A DNA stretch of 34,144 nucleotides from an uncultured Opitutia bacterium (GTDB lineage Bacteria > Verrucomicrobiota > Verrucomicrobiia > Opitutales > UBA953): contig CAIRLQ010000266.1 in the NCBI GenBank assembly GCA_903879465.1, forward strand, positions 1 through 34,144, written 5' to 3'. Below the pieces are notes generated by a model. That model made no database searches and had not been told where the DNA came from. It saw only the letters and a program-made list of their open reading frames with translations. The translations under genes and the position numbers were made by a program. Shown piece after piece: positions 9,092 through 17,591 of this stretch. Every line of letters begins with the position of its first letter. Within the stretch, counting starts at the first letter, position 1.

Positions 9092-10849
9092 CTATTCAAC
9101 GATGATACGAAATCCCAGCGTGCGCATCTTTTCGCGCTTTAGCAGCGTACGTATCGGCAGGCTCGCCGCGAGGGGGGTCGCGACGCTGCCACCGCCGACT
9201 TGCGCCCTATCCGTAGATGCTTCGGCCTGCAGCCATTCCTCGACATTCCCTAATAAGTCGTGGAATCCATGGGCGTTCGGTGCGGACGTCCCGACTGGCC
9301 GCGCGCTGATTCCGTCGGTATTTCCCGACGACCAAGCCATTCGCGCCGTGGGTGCCTGGGCAATCTCACCCGCCGCCGCGGCAAATTCAGCCGCCGTGGG
9401 CAGGCGGACCTTCGAACCCAACACCCAGCCAAGCCGGACGCAGAACGCGGAGCCGTCCGCATATGAAACGGACTCCACTGGGTTGGCTTCCCGGTGGATG
9501 GAACTCGGATTCGTACCCATCAAGGCTGCGTAAATCCCTTGGGGCGTCTCGGTTCGATACATTCGGATGTTCTGCCGTGGCACCGGTAGTAGATTCTGGT
9601 CGACCACTGCGAGTACGGTGCGAATCACCGCTTCGTTGGCCACGAGATACTCCAGCTCCATTCTTTCATGATCATCGGGGAGGAATGCTCCCGTGTTTGC
9701 ATCCGCCAACTTACGCGCAGCCGTCAGCCCTTCGTTGGCCTTGCGGATGGCCGCATCCACCTGACGCTGCCGCAGGTCCGCGCGCATCTTGGCGAGCACT
9801 TCCCGAACCGCGATGATCTCCTTATGAAAACGCGCGGAATTATGCTGGCGCGCTATCCGGGCCTCCTCGTTGCGGTCGGCATAGGCACTTCGTGGATACT
9901 CCGTGAGTAATTTCCCGAAGGCGTCCGTCGCCGCCTGCCATTCTGCGGCGGCTTTCTCCCAGTTCCCAGCGGCTTCGGCGGCTTGTGCAAATGTTTGCTG
10001 TTTTTTTACCGTAGCCCAAAGCGACCCCGAAAAGGCGGTCTCTCGGCGATCTGATAATTTTTCCGGCCGTCTAAATTCCGTATCCCTCACGTCGCGGTAA
10101 CGAACGAGAAACTCCGATTCCTGATCAATCGCCGCCGCGAACTTAGCCGCCGCTTCATCATAACTACCTGCTGCCAGCAGCTTCTCCCCTTCCGCCTCCA
10201 ACGCGCGTCCTTTATTCCAAATCGCCTCCGATTCTAATCGCCGTAAGCGCGTGTCCAAGCGTGCCTGCCTACCTGGGTCACCCAGGCCAGCCGCATCCCA
10301 TTTCGCGGAAATCTCTCGTTCGCAGATCAGCGCCCGTCGGAGTTGTTCAATGGCAGCCATGTTGTCTTTCGGCGCGAGGGCTAATGCGGTTTTTTCGGCC
10401 TCATCCGACTCTCGTCGCAGCCGCTCGCTTCGTAGAAGATGCACGCGCCGGCGCAGGGTGTCTAGGCGGTTACTATCCGTGCCCACCGCCTGCCGGGCGA
10501 TGATGTACTCCTCCTGTGCCTGCAGGGCCCCCTCCAAGAGAAGTAAGTCTTCTTCCTTGAGTTCGAATCGATCTTGGCGGGCCTTTTCAAAGGCGAGTTC
10601 CAGCTCCAATGAACGCTTCCGCAATTCCTCGACGCGCTCCGGAGACGCGTCCACATCGCGTCGCCGGTTTGACCGCTTATCGGCGGTATAAAGGAAGGCG
10701 CACCAAACCGCCATGCCCAGCATCAAGAACACCAGGAAGGGAATCCGTAATTTGCCCCAGACATCCCGCATAAACTCGCGTGCTTTGTTGATTCGTGGCT
10801 TGGTGCCGACGACAAAGTCCGTTCTGGGGTTCTGGGGGCCTTGGGTCAT
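9092..10849 (-). CDS. Membrane-anchored coiled-coil protein with C-terminal FGE-sulfatase (SUMF1/EgtB/PvdO-like) domain
   Basis: One TM helix (IPFLVFLMLGMAVWCAFLY). About 380 aa of R/E/A-rich predicted helical repeats. The C-terminal ~150 aa carry FGE-family blocks (PVESVSYADGSAFC, RLPTAAEF, AHGFHDLLGNVEEW, terminal LGFR). Confidence 0.65.
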   Translation of the reverse strand: MTQGPQNPRTDFVVGTKPRINKAREFMRDVWGKLRIPFLVFLMLGMAVWCAFLYTADKRSNRRRDVDASPERVEELRKRSLELELAFEKARQDRFELKEEDLLLLEGALQAQEEYIIARQAVGTDSNRLDTLRRRVHLLRSERLRRESDEAEKTALALAPKDNMAAIEQLRRALICEREISAKWDAAGLGDPGRQARLDTRLRRLESEAIWNKGRALEAEGEKLLAAGSYDEAAAKFAAAIDQESEFLVRYRDVRDTEFRRPEKLSDRRETAFSGSLWATVKKQQTFAQAAEAAGNWEKAAAEWQAATDAFGKLLTEYPRSAYADRNEEARIARQHNSARFHKEIIAVREVLAKMRADLRQRQVDAAIRKANEGLTAARKLADANTGAFLPDDHERMELEYLVANEAVIRTVLAVVDQNLLPVPRQNIRMYRTETPQGIYAALMGTNPSSIHREANPVESVSYADGSAFCVRLGWVLGSKVRLPTAAEFAAAAGEIAQAPTARMAWSSGNTDGISARPVGTSAPNAHGFHDLLGNVEEWLQAEASTDRAQVGGGSVATPLAASLPIRTLLKREKMRTLGFRIIVE

Positions 10850-10938
10850 GGCAATTCCTACAACTTTGTCGCTGGCGGTTTGTTTGCTTTAATGGTTACC
10901 TACTCTGGTCCATCAAAGTAATCTCATCAACCTTGGAA

Positions 10939-11793
10939 ATGGCTCAATTTAAGCGCATCGCTGTCATCGGCGCCGGCCTCATCGGTGGCTCCATCGTCCT
11001 GGCCGCCGCGCGTCGCGGCCTGGCGGGATCGCTCGCCTGTTGGTCACGTTCGGAATCGTCGCGCTCCACCCTTCGGTCGTTTAATGTCGCGGAGGTATTC
11101 GATAGCGCTGCCGAATGCGTGAAGGGTGCCGACTTGGTCGTGGTGACGACCCCGGTGGATACAGCGGAAGCGACTTTCCTCGCCATCGCGCCCTTCCTTG
11201 CTCCCGGTGCGGTGGTCACCGATGCGGGAAGCGTCAAGGTCGCCATCCAACTGGCGGCCCGTCGACTCCCTTCGCTTAACCCTTTCATCGGAGCGCACCC
11301 GATGGCGGGCGGCGAAAAAGCCGGGGCCGCCCACGCCTCCGCTAACCTCTTTGAAAATCGGGTCTGCTTTATCACCCCCTCAGGCCAGGACGACCCTCGG
11401 GCCTTGGCCTTGGTCCGTATTTTCTGGAAAGAACTAGGCTCGACGCTGACGGAAACCGCCGCCGCGCAGCACGACGAAATCGTCGCCGCCATCAGCCATT
11501 TACCCCACGCCGCAGCGGCCGCCCTGATCCTCGCCGTCATGGATCAGCCCGGCTTCCGACTGGAGGCGGCTGGCCAAGGCTTGCGTGACGCCACGCGGAT
11601 TGCGGCGGGGGAAGAAAATCTCTGGGTGGGCATCCTCCTCGCCAACGCCCGCCACACGGCAGAAGGCTTGCGTGCCGTGGAACATCGGGCGGCCCAACTT
11701 CGTCAGGCCATCGAAGGCCAAGACGCTACGACTTTACGCCGCCTGCTCGCCGAAGCCCGGATCGCCCGCCAAGCCCTCGACCTGAACTCATGA
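10939..11793 (+). CDS. tyrA: Prephenate/arogenate dehydrogenase
   Basis: NAD-binding IAVIGAGLIGGS right after the ATG at 10939, and GAHPMAGGEKAG catalytic block. The track start at 10795 overlaps the divergent gene and adds a non-protein-like leader. Confidence 0.82.
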   Translation: MAQFKRIAVIGAGLIGGSIVLAAARRGLAGSLACWSRSESSRSTLRSFNVAEVFDSAAECVKGADLVVVTTPVDTAEATFLAIAPFLAPGAVVTDAGSVKVAIQLAARRLPSLNPFIGAHPMAGGEKAGAAHASANLFENRVCFITPSGQDDPRALALVRIFWKELGSTLTETAAAQHDEIVAAISHLPHAAAAALILAVMDQPGFRLEAAGQGLRDATRIAAGEENLWVGILLANARHTAEGLRAVEHRAAQLRQAIEGQDATTLRRLLAEARIARQALDLNS

Positions 11794-13826
11794 GCCCCAC
11801 GTTAGTCATCCGGCCTTTTCAGACCCCTGCCCGCGGTATTGCCCAAGTTCCCGGATCAAAGAGCATCACCAATCGCGCGTTGATTCTCGCCGCCTTGGCT
11901 GACGGACGCACGGTGCTGACCGGCGCACTCTTCAGCCGCGACACTCGCATCCTCATTGCCGCGTTGCAGAGTCTCGGCTTCGACGTCATTGCCGATGAGC
12001 CGGCCCATGTGATTTGTATCACCGGCCTATCGGGGAAAATTCCGAAGAACCGAGCCAAACTTTTTGTCGGTAACGCTGGCACCGCGGCACGCTTCCTCAC
12101 GGCATTCCTCGCCCTCTCTCCAGATGGTTGTTTCGAGCTCGATGGCGATGAGGCCATGCGCTCGCGCCCGATGAGCGGCCTGCTTGATGCCCTGACGGGC
12201 GCAGGCTGCCGCGCCACGAAACCTGATGGTTCACCCGCAACACATTTTCCGTTCACCTTGCATACGTCGGGCAAGCTCGGGGCTCTCACCGTCGACGCTT
12301 CTGCCTCCTCGCAATTACTCTCGGCCCTCTTGATGGTCCTGCCACTAAGCCCAGGTGCCTCCGTCACGATGAAAGGCGCGACGGTGTCGGAGCCGTTCGT
12401 CGAAATGACCGCCCGCATGTGCGGCCAATTTGGTCGCCCTCTCCGCCGCCAGGAAAACGGCTGCTGGGCTTGTGAGGAACCAGGCAGCTACGTCTCCTGT
12501 CACCCGGTATACGCCATCGAACCTGACGCCACCGCGGCGAGTTACTTCATTGCCTTGCCCGCGGTCACTGGCTTCGGAGCCTGCGTTCGCATCGAGGGTT
12601 ATGCCCATGGCAGCCTACAAGGGGATACCGCTTTCGCCAAGGTCGCCGCCGCGTGTGGAGCGATTTTACGGCCCGCCGACGGTAACATGGTCGTTCAGAC
12701 GTGGAAGAATATCCAGGGAGGTGATTTCGATTTTAATGCCTTCTCGGACACTTTCCTGACTCTGGCGACCCTCGCCACTCTCGCCTCGGGGCCGGTACGA
12801 ATCAGCGGCATCGCCCACACCCGCAAACAGGAAACCGACCGCGTCCTCGCCATGGCGACCGAATTAGAGCGACTCGGCATCCGCGTAAAACCGACGGCCC
12901 AAGAGCTGCGCGCAGATGATACGCTTTCGGAGCTGACGATTTTCCCCGACAAAGGCGCGCTCCGTAAGGCTGCGGCGAATGGACCAGTCGCGATCCATAC
13001 TTACGAAGATCACCGCATGGCGATGAGCTTCGGTGTGCTGGGCTGCCTGGATCTCTTCGGTGACGGGCGCCCCTGGATCGCCATCGAAGACCCCGCCTGC
13101 ACAAGCAAAACGTTCCCACATTTTTTCACCGCCCTCGAGGCGCTGCGGACCAATTTCGTGCGCGTCTCCGTCGACGGCGGCGCCGCTTCTGGCAAATCCA
13201 GTACTAGCCGTCGTCTCGCTGTAAATATGGGCCTACTCCATGTCGACACGGGCGCCCATTATCGCAGCCTGACCCGTGCCTTGCTAGATATGGGTGCCAC
13301 GGCGGAGGACACGACTTCCATCTCTGCGGCGCTGAAGAAAATCCGCATTGGGTCACAGATTGTAGAATGTGGCTGGGCGCGAAGCTCCTCGCTGACGCTG
13401 GGCGGGCAGTTGCCTTCAGATGAATCACTCCGAACGCCTGAAGTGAATGCGGCTGTCTCGAAGATGGCCGCCCTACCCGTCGTCCGCACCTTCCTCCTCG
13501 AGTATCAACGTAGCCAGGTGAAGCTCGCCCAGGAAAGCGGCTTTACTGGGGTCGTCATGGAAGGCCGTGACATCGGCTCCGTCGTTCTGCCTGACGCTGA
13601 AGTCCGTATCTTCCTGGAAGCGAATGAATCCGTGCGTGCGCAGCGCCGGGCGGCCGAAGGCCAGTCCGACGCCGTGGCCCAGCGCGACCTACTGGATTCG
13701 ACGCGTAAGACTGCGCCTCTAGTTTGCCCCAAGGGCGCCCATCGCATCGACAATACCGATCTCTCCCTCGAGCAAGTCGTGGCGGAAATCTCTGGACTGA
13801 TTAAAATCGCCGCCCTGCCCCGATGA
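11790..13826 (+). CDS. aroA: Bifunctional 3-phosphoshikimate 1-carboxyvinyltransferase (EPSP synthase) / cytidylate kinase fusion
   Basis: N-terminal ~445 aa: PGSKSITNRALILAALA, LFVGNAGTAARFL, DHRMAMSF (AroA). C-terminal ~225 aa: VSVDGGAASGKSSTSRRLA...HVDTGAHYRSLT, MEGRDIGSVVLP (Cmk P-loop kinase). One uninterrupted frame. ATGA overlaps with tyrA and plsC. Confidence 0.9.
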   Translation: MSPTLVIRPFQTPARGIAQVPGSKSITNRALILAALADGRTVLTGALFSRDTRILIAALQSLGFDVIADEPAHVICITGLSGKIPKNRAKLFVGNAGTAARFLTAFLALSPDGCFELDGDEAMRSRPMSGLLDALTGAGCRATKPDGSPATHFPFTLHTSGKLGALTVDASASSQLLSALLMVLPLSPGASVTMKGATVSEPFVEMTARMCGQFGRPLRRQENGCWACEEPGSYVSCHPVYAIEPDATAASYFIALPAVTGFGACVRIEGYAHGSLQGDTAFAKVAAACGAILRPADGNMVVQTWKNIQGGDFDFNAFSDTFLTLATLATLASGPVRISGIAHTRKQETDRVLAMATELERLGIRVKPTAQELRADDTLSELTIFPDKGALRKAAANGPVAIHTYEDHRMAMSFGVLGCLDLFGDGRPWIAIEDPACTSKTFPHFFTALEALRTNFVRVSVDGGAASGKSSTSRRLAVNMGLLHVDTGAHYRSLTRALLDMGATAEDTTSISAALKKIRIGSQIVECGWARSSSLTLGGQLPSDESLRTPEVNAAVSKMAALPVVRTFLLEYQRSQVKLAQESGFTGVVMEGRDIGSVVLPDAEVRIFLEANESVRAQRRAAEGQSDAVAQRDLLDSTRKTAPLVCPKGAHRIDNTDLSLEQVVAEISGLIKIAALPR

Positions 13827-14467
13827 TTCTGCAGTCGAAGAATCTGATCTATAAGGCTGTTTATCACGGCGCGCGCTCGCTCATCGAAGTCTTCGCCACA
13901 CTGGAAGTGACCGGATGGGAGGGCGTCCCGGACGGCGCCTGCCTATTTGCCTCCAATCACCAGAGTATGCTCGATCCACCCCTGGTGGGCTCCAGCCTGC
14001 CGCGCGAAATCTCCTTCATCGCTCGCCGCTCCTTGTTCGATAATCCTGTATTCGGTTTTGTGATTCGGGCGTGTCATTCCATTCCCGTTGATCGTGGGGA
14101 AGCTGATATCGGTGCGATTCGCTCCGCGCTCAACGCCCTCGCTTCCGGCGAAGGCCTGCTGATTTTCCCCGAAGGCACCCGGAGCCACGACGGCGTGATC
14201 ACGGAGCCCAAGGCCGGGGCCGGGCTCCTGGCCTGCAAGTCGGGTGTGCCAGTGATTCCCATCCGTATCCGTGGCACGCGCGATATCCTCCCCCGTGGAT
14301 CCCTCTTCCCCAGTGGCTCTGCGCGCGTCCACCTGCGCTTTGGTCCGCCAATGCTAGCGGCGGAGTATGATCCTGGGAGTAATCATCCGGGACGTTCCAT
14401 CGAGGCGGCACGCCGCATCCTGGAGCGTATTAAGGCACTCCCAGACGAAGTGGATCTCGGGCTCTAA
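13823..14467 (+). CDS. plsC: 1-acyl-sn-glycerol-3-phosphate acyltransferase
   Basis: Acyltransferase motifs NHQSMLDP (HX4D), FIARRSLF, IFPEGTRS, VPVIPIRI. Confidence 0.85.
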   Translation: MILQSKNLIYKAVYHGARSLIEVFATLEVTGWEGVPDGACLFASNHQSMLDPPLVGSSLPREISFIARRSLFDNPVFGFVIRACHSIPVDRGEADIGAIRSALNALASGEGLLIFPEGTRSHDGVITEPKAGAGLLACKSGVPVIPIRIRGTRDILPRGSLFPSGSARVHLRFGPPMLAAEYDPGSNHPGRSIEAARRILERIKALPDEVDLGL

Positions 14468-14473
14468 CCGAGA

Positions 14474-15601
14474 TTAGGAAATCCGCTGCGGCATCACGAC
14501 GCAGAGAAAGTCATCCTTTAATCCGCGGATGACTCCCGGCGACATGTCGTCTTTGAATTCAAAATCGATTTCGTCTTCCGTCAGCGCCTTCAGCGGGTCG
14601 ATGATGTACTGCGGGTTGAAAGCGATATTTACCTCAGGGCCGTCATACTTAATCGCGATAGGCTCATGGGCATCGCCGCTCTCCGACTTAGCCGAAATCT
14701 CCAGGTTCTGAGTTTTCTTGGAAACACTCAGCCGAATCGTGTTGTTCCGATCGTCCGTCATCAACGCCGCGCGGTTCACGCTTTCGAGAATCTTCTCACG
14801 TTCGAGACGTACCTTTGAGCCGGCTTCCTTGGGGATGACCTGGCGGTAGTTCGGATAGTTGCCTTCCACGACCTTGGAGACGAGCTGGATGCGGTCCACG
14901 AGGCCTTCCTCGTTCTTTGGGATGTCGATAGTAAACCCAACCTGGCGTTCATTGTGCGAGACATGGGCGACGCCCCCGGCTTTCAGCAAGCGCATCAATT
15001 CGATGATCGTGCGGGCAGGTAGAATGAGGGCGAGGGTTTTGTCCGCGCCGTCGATCTTACGCTCACACTTGGCGAGACGTCGGCCATCGGTCGCGACGAC
15101 GGTGAGTTTCCCTTCGGCGAATTCAAAGAAGACCCCATTGAGTATATAGCGATTTTCGTCGGATGATTGTGCGTAGCTGACCTTGCGCAACATGTCGCCC
15201 AGATCGTCTTGGTTGATTGAGATTGTGGGTTGACCAGCGAAATTGGAAATGGGCGGGAACTGATCGGCGGGGAGACCAGCAATTTGAAAAACAGAACTGC
15301 CCGAAGTGATTTTCACGCGGTCCTTGCCGGTAAGTTCGACGATGGTGTCACTGCTCGAAAGCGCTCGGATAATGGGTACGAGTTTTTTGACTGGCAGTGT
15401 GATACGACCAGGGGAGGTTACTGTGGCCTTGATGCGGCAACAAATTCCAAGATCGAGGTTGGTGGTGGTCAAGGTCACCATATCGCCTTCGGCTTCGATC
15501 AGCACGTTTTGCAAGATCGGCATCGTGGCGCGGTTGCCTACCACGTTGGTTACGCTGGAAAGTCCGTTGAAGAAATGATTTCGGTTAACCTTGAACTTCA
15601 T
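14474..15601 (-). CDS. dnaN: DNA polymerase III beta sliding clamp
   Basis: MKFKVNRNHFFNGL N-terminus parallels the E. coli MKFTVERE start. ~375 aa, three-domain length. C-terminal VVMPQRI. ORF opens at 15640, but ATG 15601 is preferred. Confidence 0.92.
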   Translation of the reverse strand: MKFKVNRNHFFNGLSSVTNVVGNRATMPILQNVLIEAEGDMVTLTTTNLDLGICCRIKATVTSPGRITLPVKKLVPIIRALSSSDTIVELTGKDRVKITSGSSVFQIAGLPADQFPPISNFAGQPTISINQDDLGDMLRKVSYAQSSDENRYILNGVFFEFAEGKLTVVATDGRRLAKCERKIDGADKTLALILPARTIIELMRLLKAGGVAHVSHNERQVGFTIDIPKNEEGLVDRIQLVSKVVEGNYPNYRQVIPKEAGSKVRLEREKILESVNRAALMTDDRNNTIRLSVSKKTQNLEISAKSESGDAHEPIAIKYDGPEVNIAFNPQYIIDPLKALTEDEIDFEFKDDMSPGVIRGLKDDFLCVVMPQRIS

Positions 15602-15671
15602 GATGTCCAAAGGATTGAGGGGTCGTGGGGCTCGAGGCAACTACGCAATACCCACATCCGGCCTGAACCTG

Positions 15672-15856
15672 TTCTTAATTTATCTTCATTTATAAATACC
15701 AGTAGCATTAGTAGGTGTCGGAATTTCGTGGATAGTTTCACAAGACGCTGGATGGAGGGGTAGATGTGTAGCTCAAACTCCTGTGCCGAAGCGGTGAATA
15801 ACTTCCCCCTTGTTCACATTACCCCAGCCACACGAAATCCTCACGGTCTATTCACA
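15672..15856. other. Candidate DnaA-box cluster plus AT-rich tract (possible oriC or DnaA-regulated dnaN promoter)
   Basis: AT-rich cttaatttatcttcatttataaata (15674-15698). Four 9-mers within 1-2 mismatches of TTATNCACA: CTATCCACG (15735-15727, minus strand), TTATTCACC (15801-15793, minus strand), TTGTTCACA (15810-15818), CTATTCACA (15848-15856). Confidence 0.3.
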
Positions 15857-16724
15857 CTCCAGACACTGTGTCATCGTCATCCTCTGGAGCAGGGTCCATC
15901 TCGCTTTTCTTCAACAGAAAAACATGGCGGAAAATACTCCAGCCGATGTATCCCAAGAAGAGGGCTGGGAATGAATACTCCGGGAACTTAAATATCAACG
16001 CCCCGGTGATAATAATTAAGATAAAGCCACGCGTACGTGCTCGTGCAGACCAATCTAACTTCTTGAAGCTCGGGAAACGCACATTGCTGATCATCAAGTA
16101 CGAGATAATTAACATCAGCGGCAAGAGGCTCCATGACCATGCTTGCACGGTCTGGTGGTCCGCCATGACCTTAGAGAGGACCAGGACTAGCGACGCTATC
16201 ATTCCAGCTGCTGCCGGCGATGGCAGGCCTACGAAATCACCGCCAGCCGCCCTTTTTTCATTACCTGGCACCAACGGATTGGTGAGGACATTAAAACGGG
16301 CCAGTCGAACTCCTGCACAGAGTAAATAGATGAATGCCAGTAGCCAGGTGACCAACTGCACGTTGTCGGTGGCTTCTGGTTTGATGACCAGAAAGCAGGC
16401 CATCAAGGCCGGGGCTACGCCGAAGGAGACCGTGTCGGCGATGGAGTCGAACTCGGCTCCGAAGAGCGACTCGCGCTTAGTGGCCCGCGCCACCCGGCCG
16501 TCAAACAAGTCGCAGACACAGGCGAATAATATAAACCAAACCGCCGTGATATAATGATCGGCCCGGGCGCCGGCCTCGATGTTCAAAAACCGGGCTTCAA
16601 TGCAGTTCTTCATGGCGAGGAAGCCGCAGAGCATATTTCCGGCCGTGAAAAGGTTGGGCAGTAGGTAGATGCGGGCGGCTTCCTCGGGGGAGGAATATGC
16701 CCGTTTTTCTGGAGGATTTGGCAC
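15852..16724 (-). CDS. pssA: CDP-diacylglycerol--serine O-phosphatidyltransferase (CDP-alcohol phosphatidyltransferase family)
   Basis: CAPT motif DLFDGRVARATKRESLFGAEFDSIADTVS and multiple TM helices. The longest ORF (to 16853) overlaps the upstream gene with a low-complexity leader. GTG at 16724, 4 nt after the upstream stop, is preferred, so the start is uncertain. Confidence 0.85.
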   Translation of the reverse strand: MPNPPEKRAYSSPEEAARIYLLPNLFTAGNMLCGFLAMKNCIEARFLNIEAGARADHYITAVWFILFACVCDLFDGRVARATKRESLFGAEFDSIADTVSFGVAPALMACFLVIKPEATDNVQLVTWLLAFIYLLCAGVRLARFNVLTNPLVPGNEKRAAGGDFVGLPSPAAAGMIASLVLVLSKVMADHQTVQAWSWSLLPLMLIISYLMISNVRFPSFKKLDWSARARTRGFILIIITGALIFKFPEYSFPALFLGYIGWSIFRHVFLLKKSEMDPAPEDDDDTVSGV

Positions 16725-16728
16725 TTTT

Positions 16729-17082
16729 TTAGGATTTAGGGTCGTCGAGGTATTTCCAGAAGCCGCCTTCTTGTTCGATCCGAGCTTCGTCTTCCGGGAA
16801 TGGGAGGTGCGAACGGAAGGCGAAGTCGGCGTACGTGTGGCGGTGGAGCACATAGTTGGCCATCAGTGAGCCTTCGGTGGCTTCGAAATAAATACGAAAT
16901 TCACCGACGCGTAGACGGTGATAGATGTGCCCGCCGCGGCGGACGGTTCCTAGCTCGGACCCGCCGCGCAAAAGAGCTTCCGGGGTGAGCGAGGAGAATG
17001 CCTCAACGACTTCCATTTGCTCGAGTGTCGGCAGCTTGGCCAGCTCGCGCATCGCCTGGTCGCTGAAATTCACTTGATACAT
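16729..17082 (-). CDS. RelE/ParE-family toxin-like protein with ~30 aa acidic/aromatic C-terminal extension
   Basis: Architecture typical of RelE/ParE toxins: MYQVNFSDQAMRELAKLP..., ...YHRLRVGEFRIYFEATEGSLMANYVLHRHTY. 117 aa. No small partner ORF on either side. Confidence 0.6.
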   Translation of the reverse strand: MYQVNFSDQAMRELAKLPTLEQMEVVEAFSSLTPEALLRGGSELGTVRRGGHIYHRLRVGEFRIYFEATEGSLMANYVLHRHTYADFAFRSHLPFPEDEARIEQEGGFWKYLDDPKS

Positions 17083-17124
17083 CGTTGGAGAAGCAAACGC
17101 CGTTCCGTTGGAGTCGGCAACCTT

Positions 17125-17589
17125 TCAGTTACCGCTCATCCATTGTGAAACCAGATAATCTGCCCGTTTTTCAACCATATCTAAGACTTTTTCGAAACCG
17201 TCGCTTCCCCCATAATAGGGATCAGGCAGTGCCTGGTCTCCGAGGAGGAGTTGGAGTCGGTCGCGCCGGTCCGGCGGGCAAATAACCCGGAGGGAGGAAA
17301 GGTTGATTCCATCGGCGGCGAGGATGAGGTCGAACGACGCAAAATCTTCGGCTCCAATTTGCCGCGCCCGGAGATGTCCCAACTGGTAGCCGCGACGCTG
17401 GGCGTGCTCAATGGAACGTGGGTCGGGCGGCTCGCCGACATGATGATTTTCGGTGCCTGCTGAATCAAATTGGACAGCCAGGCTCGCCCGTGTGGCCTTC
17501 GTGCGGAGGACCTCCTCCGCTGTCGGCGAGCGGCAGATGTTGCCCATGCAAACCAACAGGACTCTTCTCGGCTTGGTGGCCGGGGGCAT
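17125..17589 (-). CDS. Low-molecular-weight protein-tyrosine phosphatase
   Basis: P-loop VLLVCMGNICRSPTAE (CX5R-S) and Asp loop LPDPYYGG. 154 aa. Confidence 0.88.
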   Translation of the reverse strand: MPPATKPRRVLLVCMGNICRSPTAEEVLRTKATRASLAVQFDSAGTENHHVGEPPDPRSIEHAQRRGYQLGHLRARQIGAEDFASFDLILAADGINLSSLRVICPPDRRDRLQLLLGDQALPDPYYGGSDGFEKVLDMVEKRADYLVSQWMSGN

Positions 17590-17591
17590 CG

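Noticed and set aside
11676-11684. Half-site CGTGGAACA of the palindrome inside tyrA
   Set aside because: A 9-mer is expected by chance about 0.25 times in this window on two strands, so this is not evidence for a third site.
16725-16853. N-terminal extension of the pssA ORF (ATG 16853), overlapping the RelE-like gene by ~125 nt
   Set aside because: The extension encodes a low-complexity Ser/Thr/Lys/Pro leader with no counterpart in PssA proteins. A GTG at 16724, right after the upstream stop, gives a normal-length protein. The track's N-terminal extensions of dnaN, tyrA, hemA, the NtrC-like gene, purE, mnmE and the GH-like gene were trimmed for analogous reasons.
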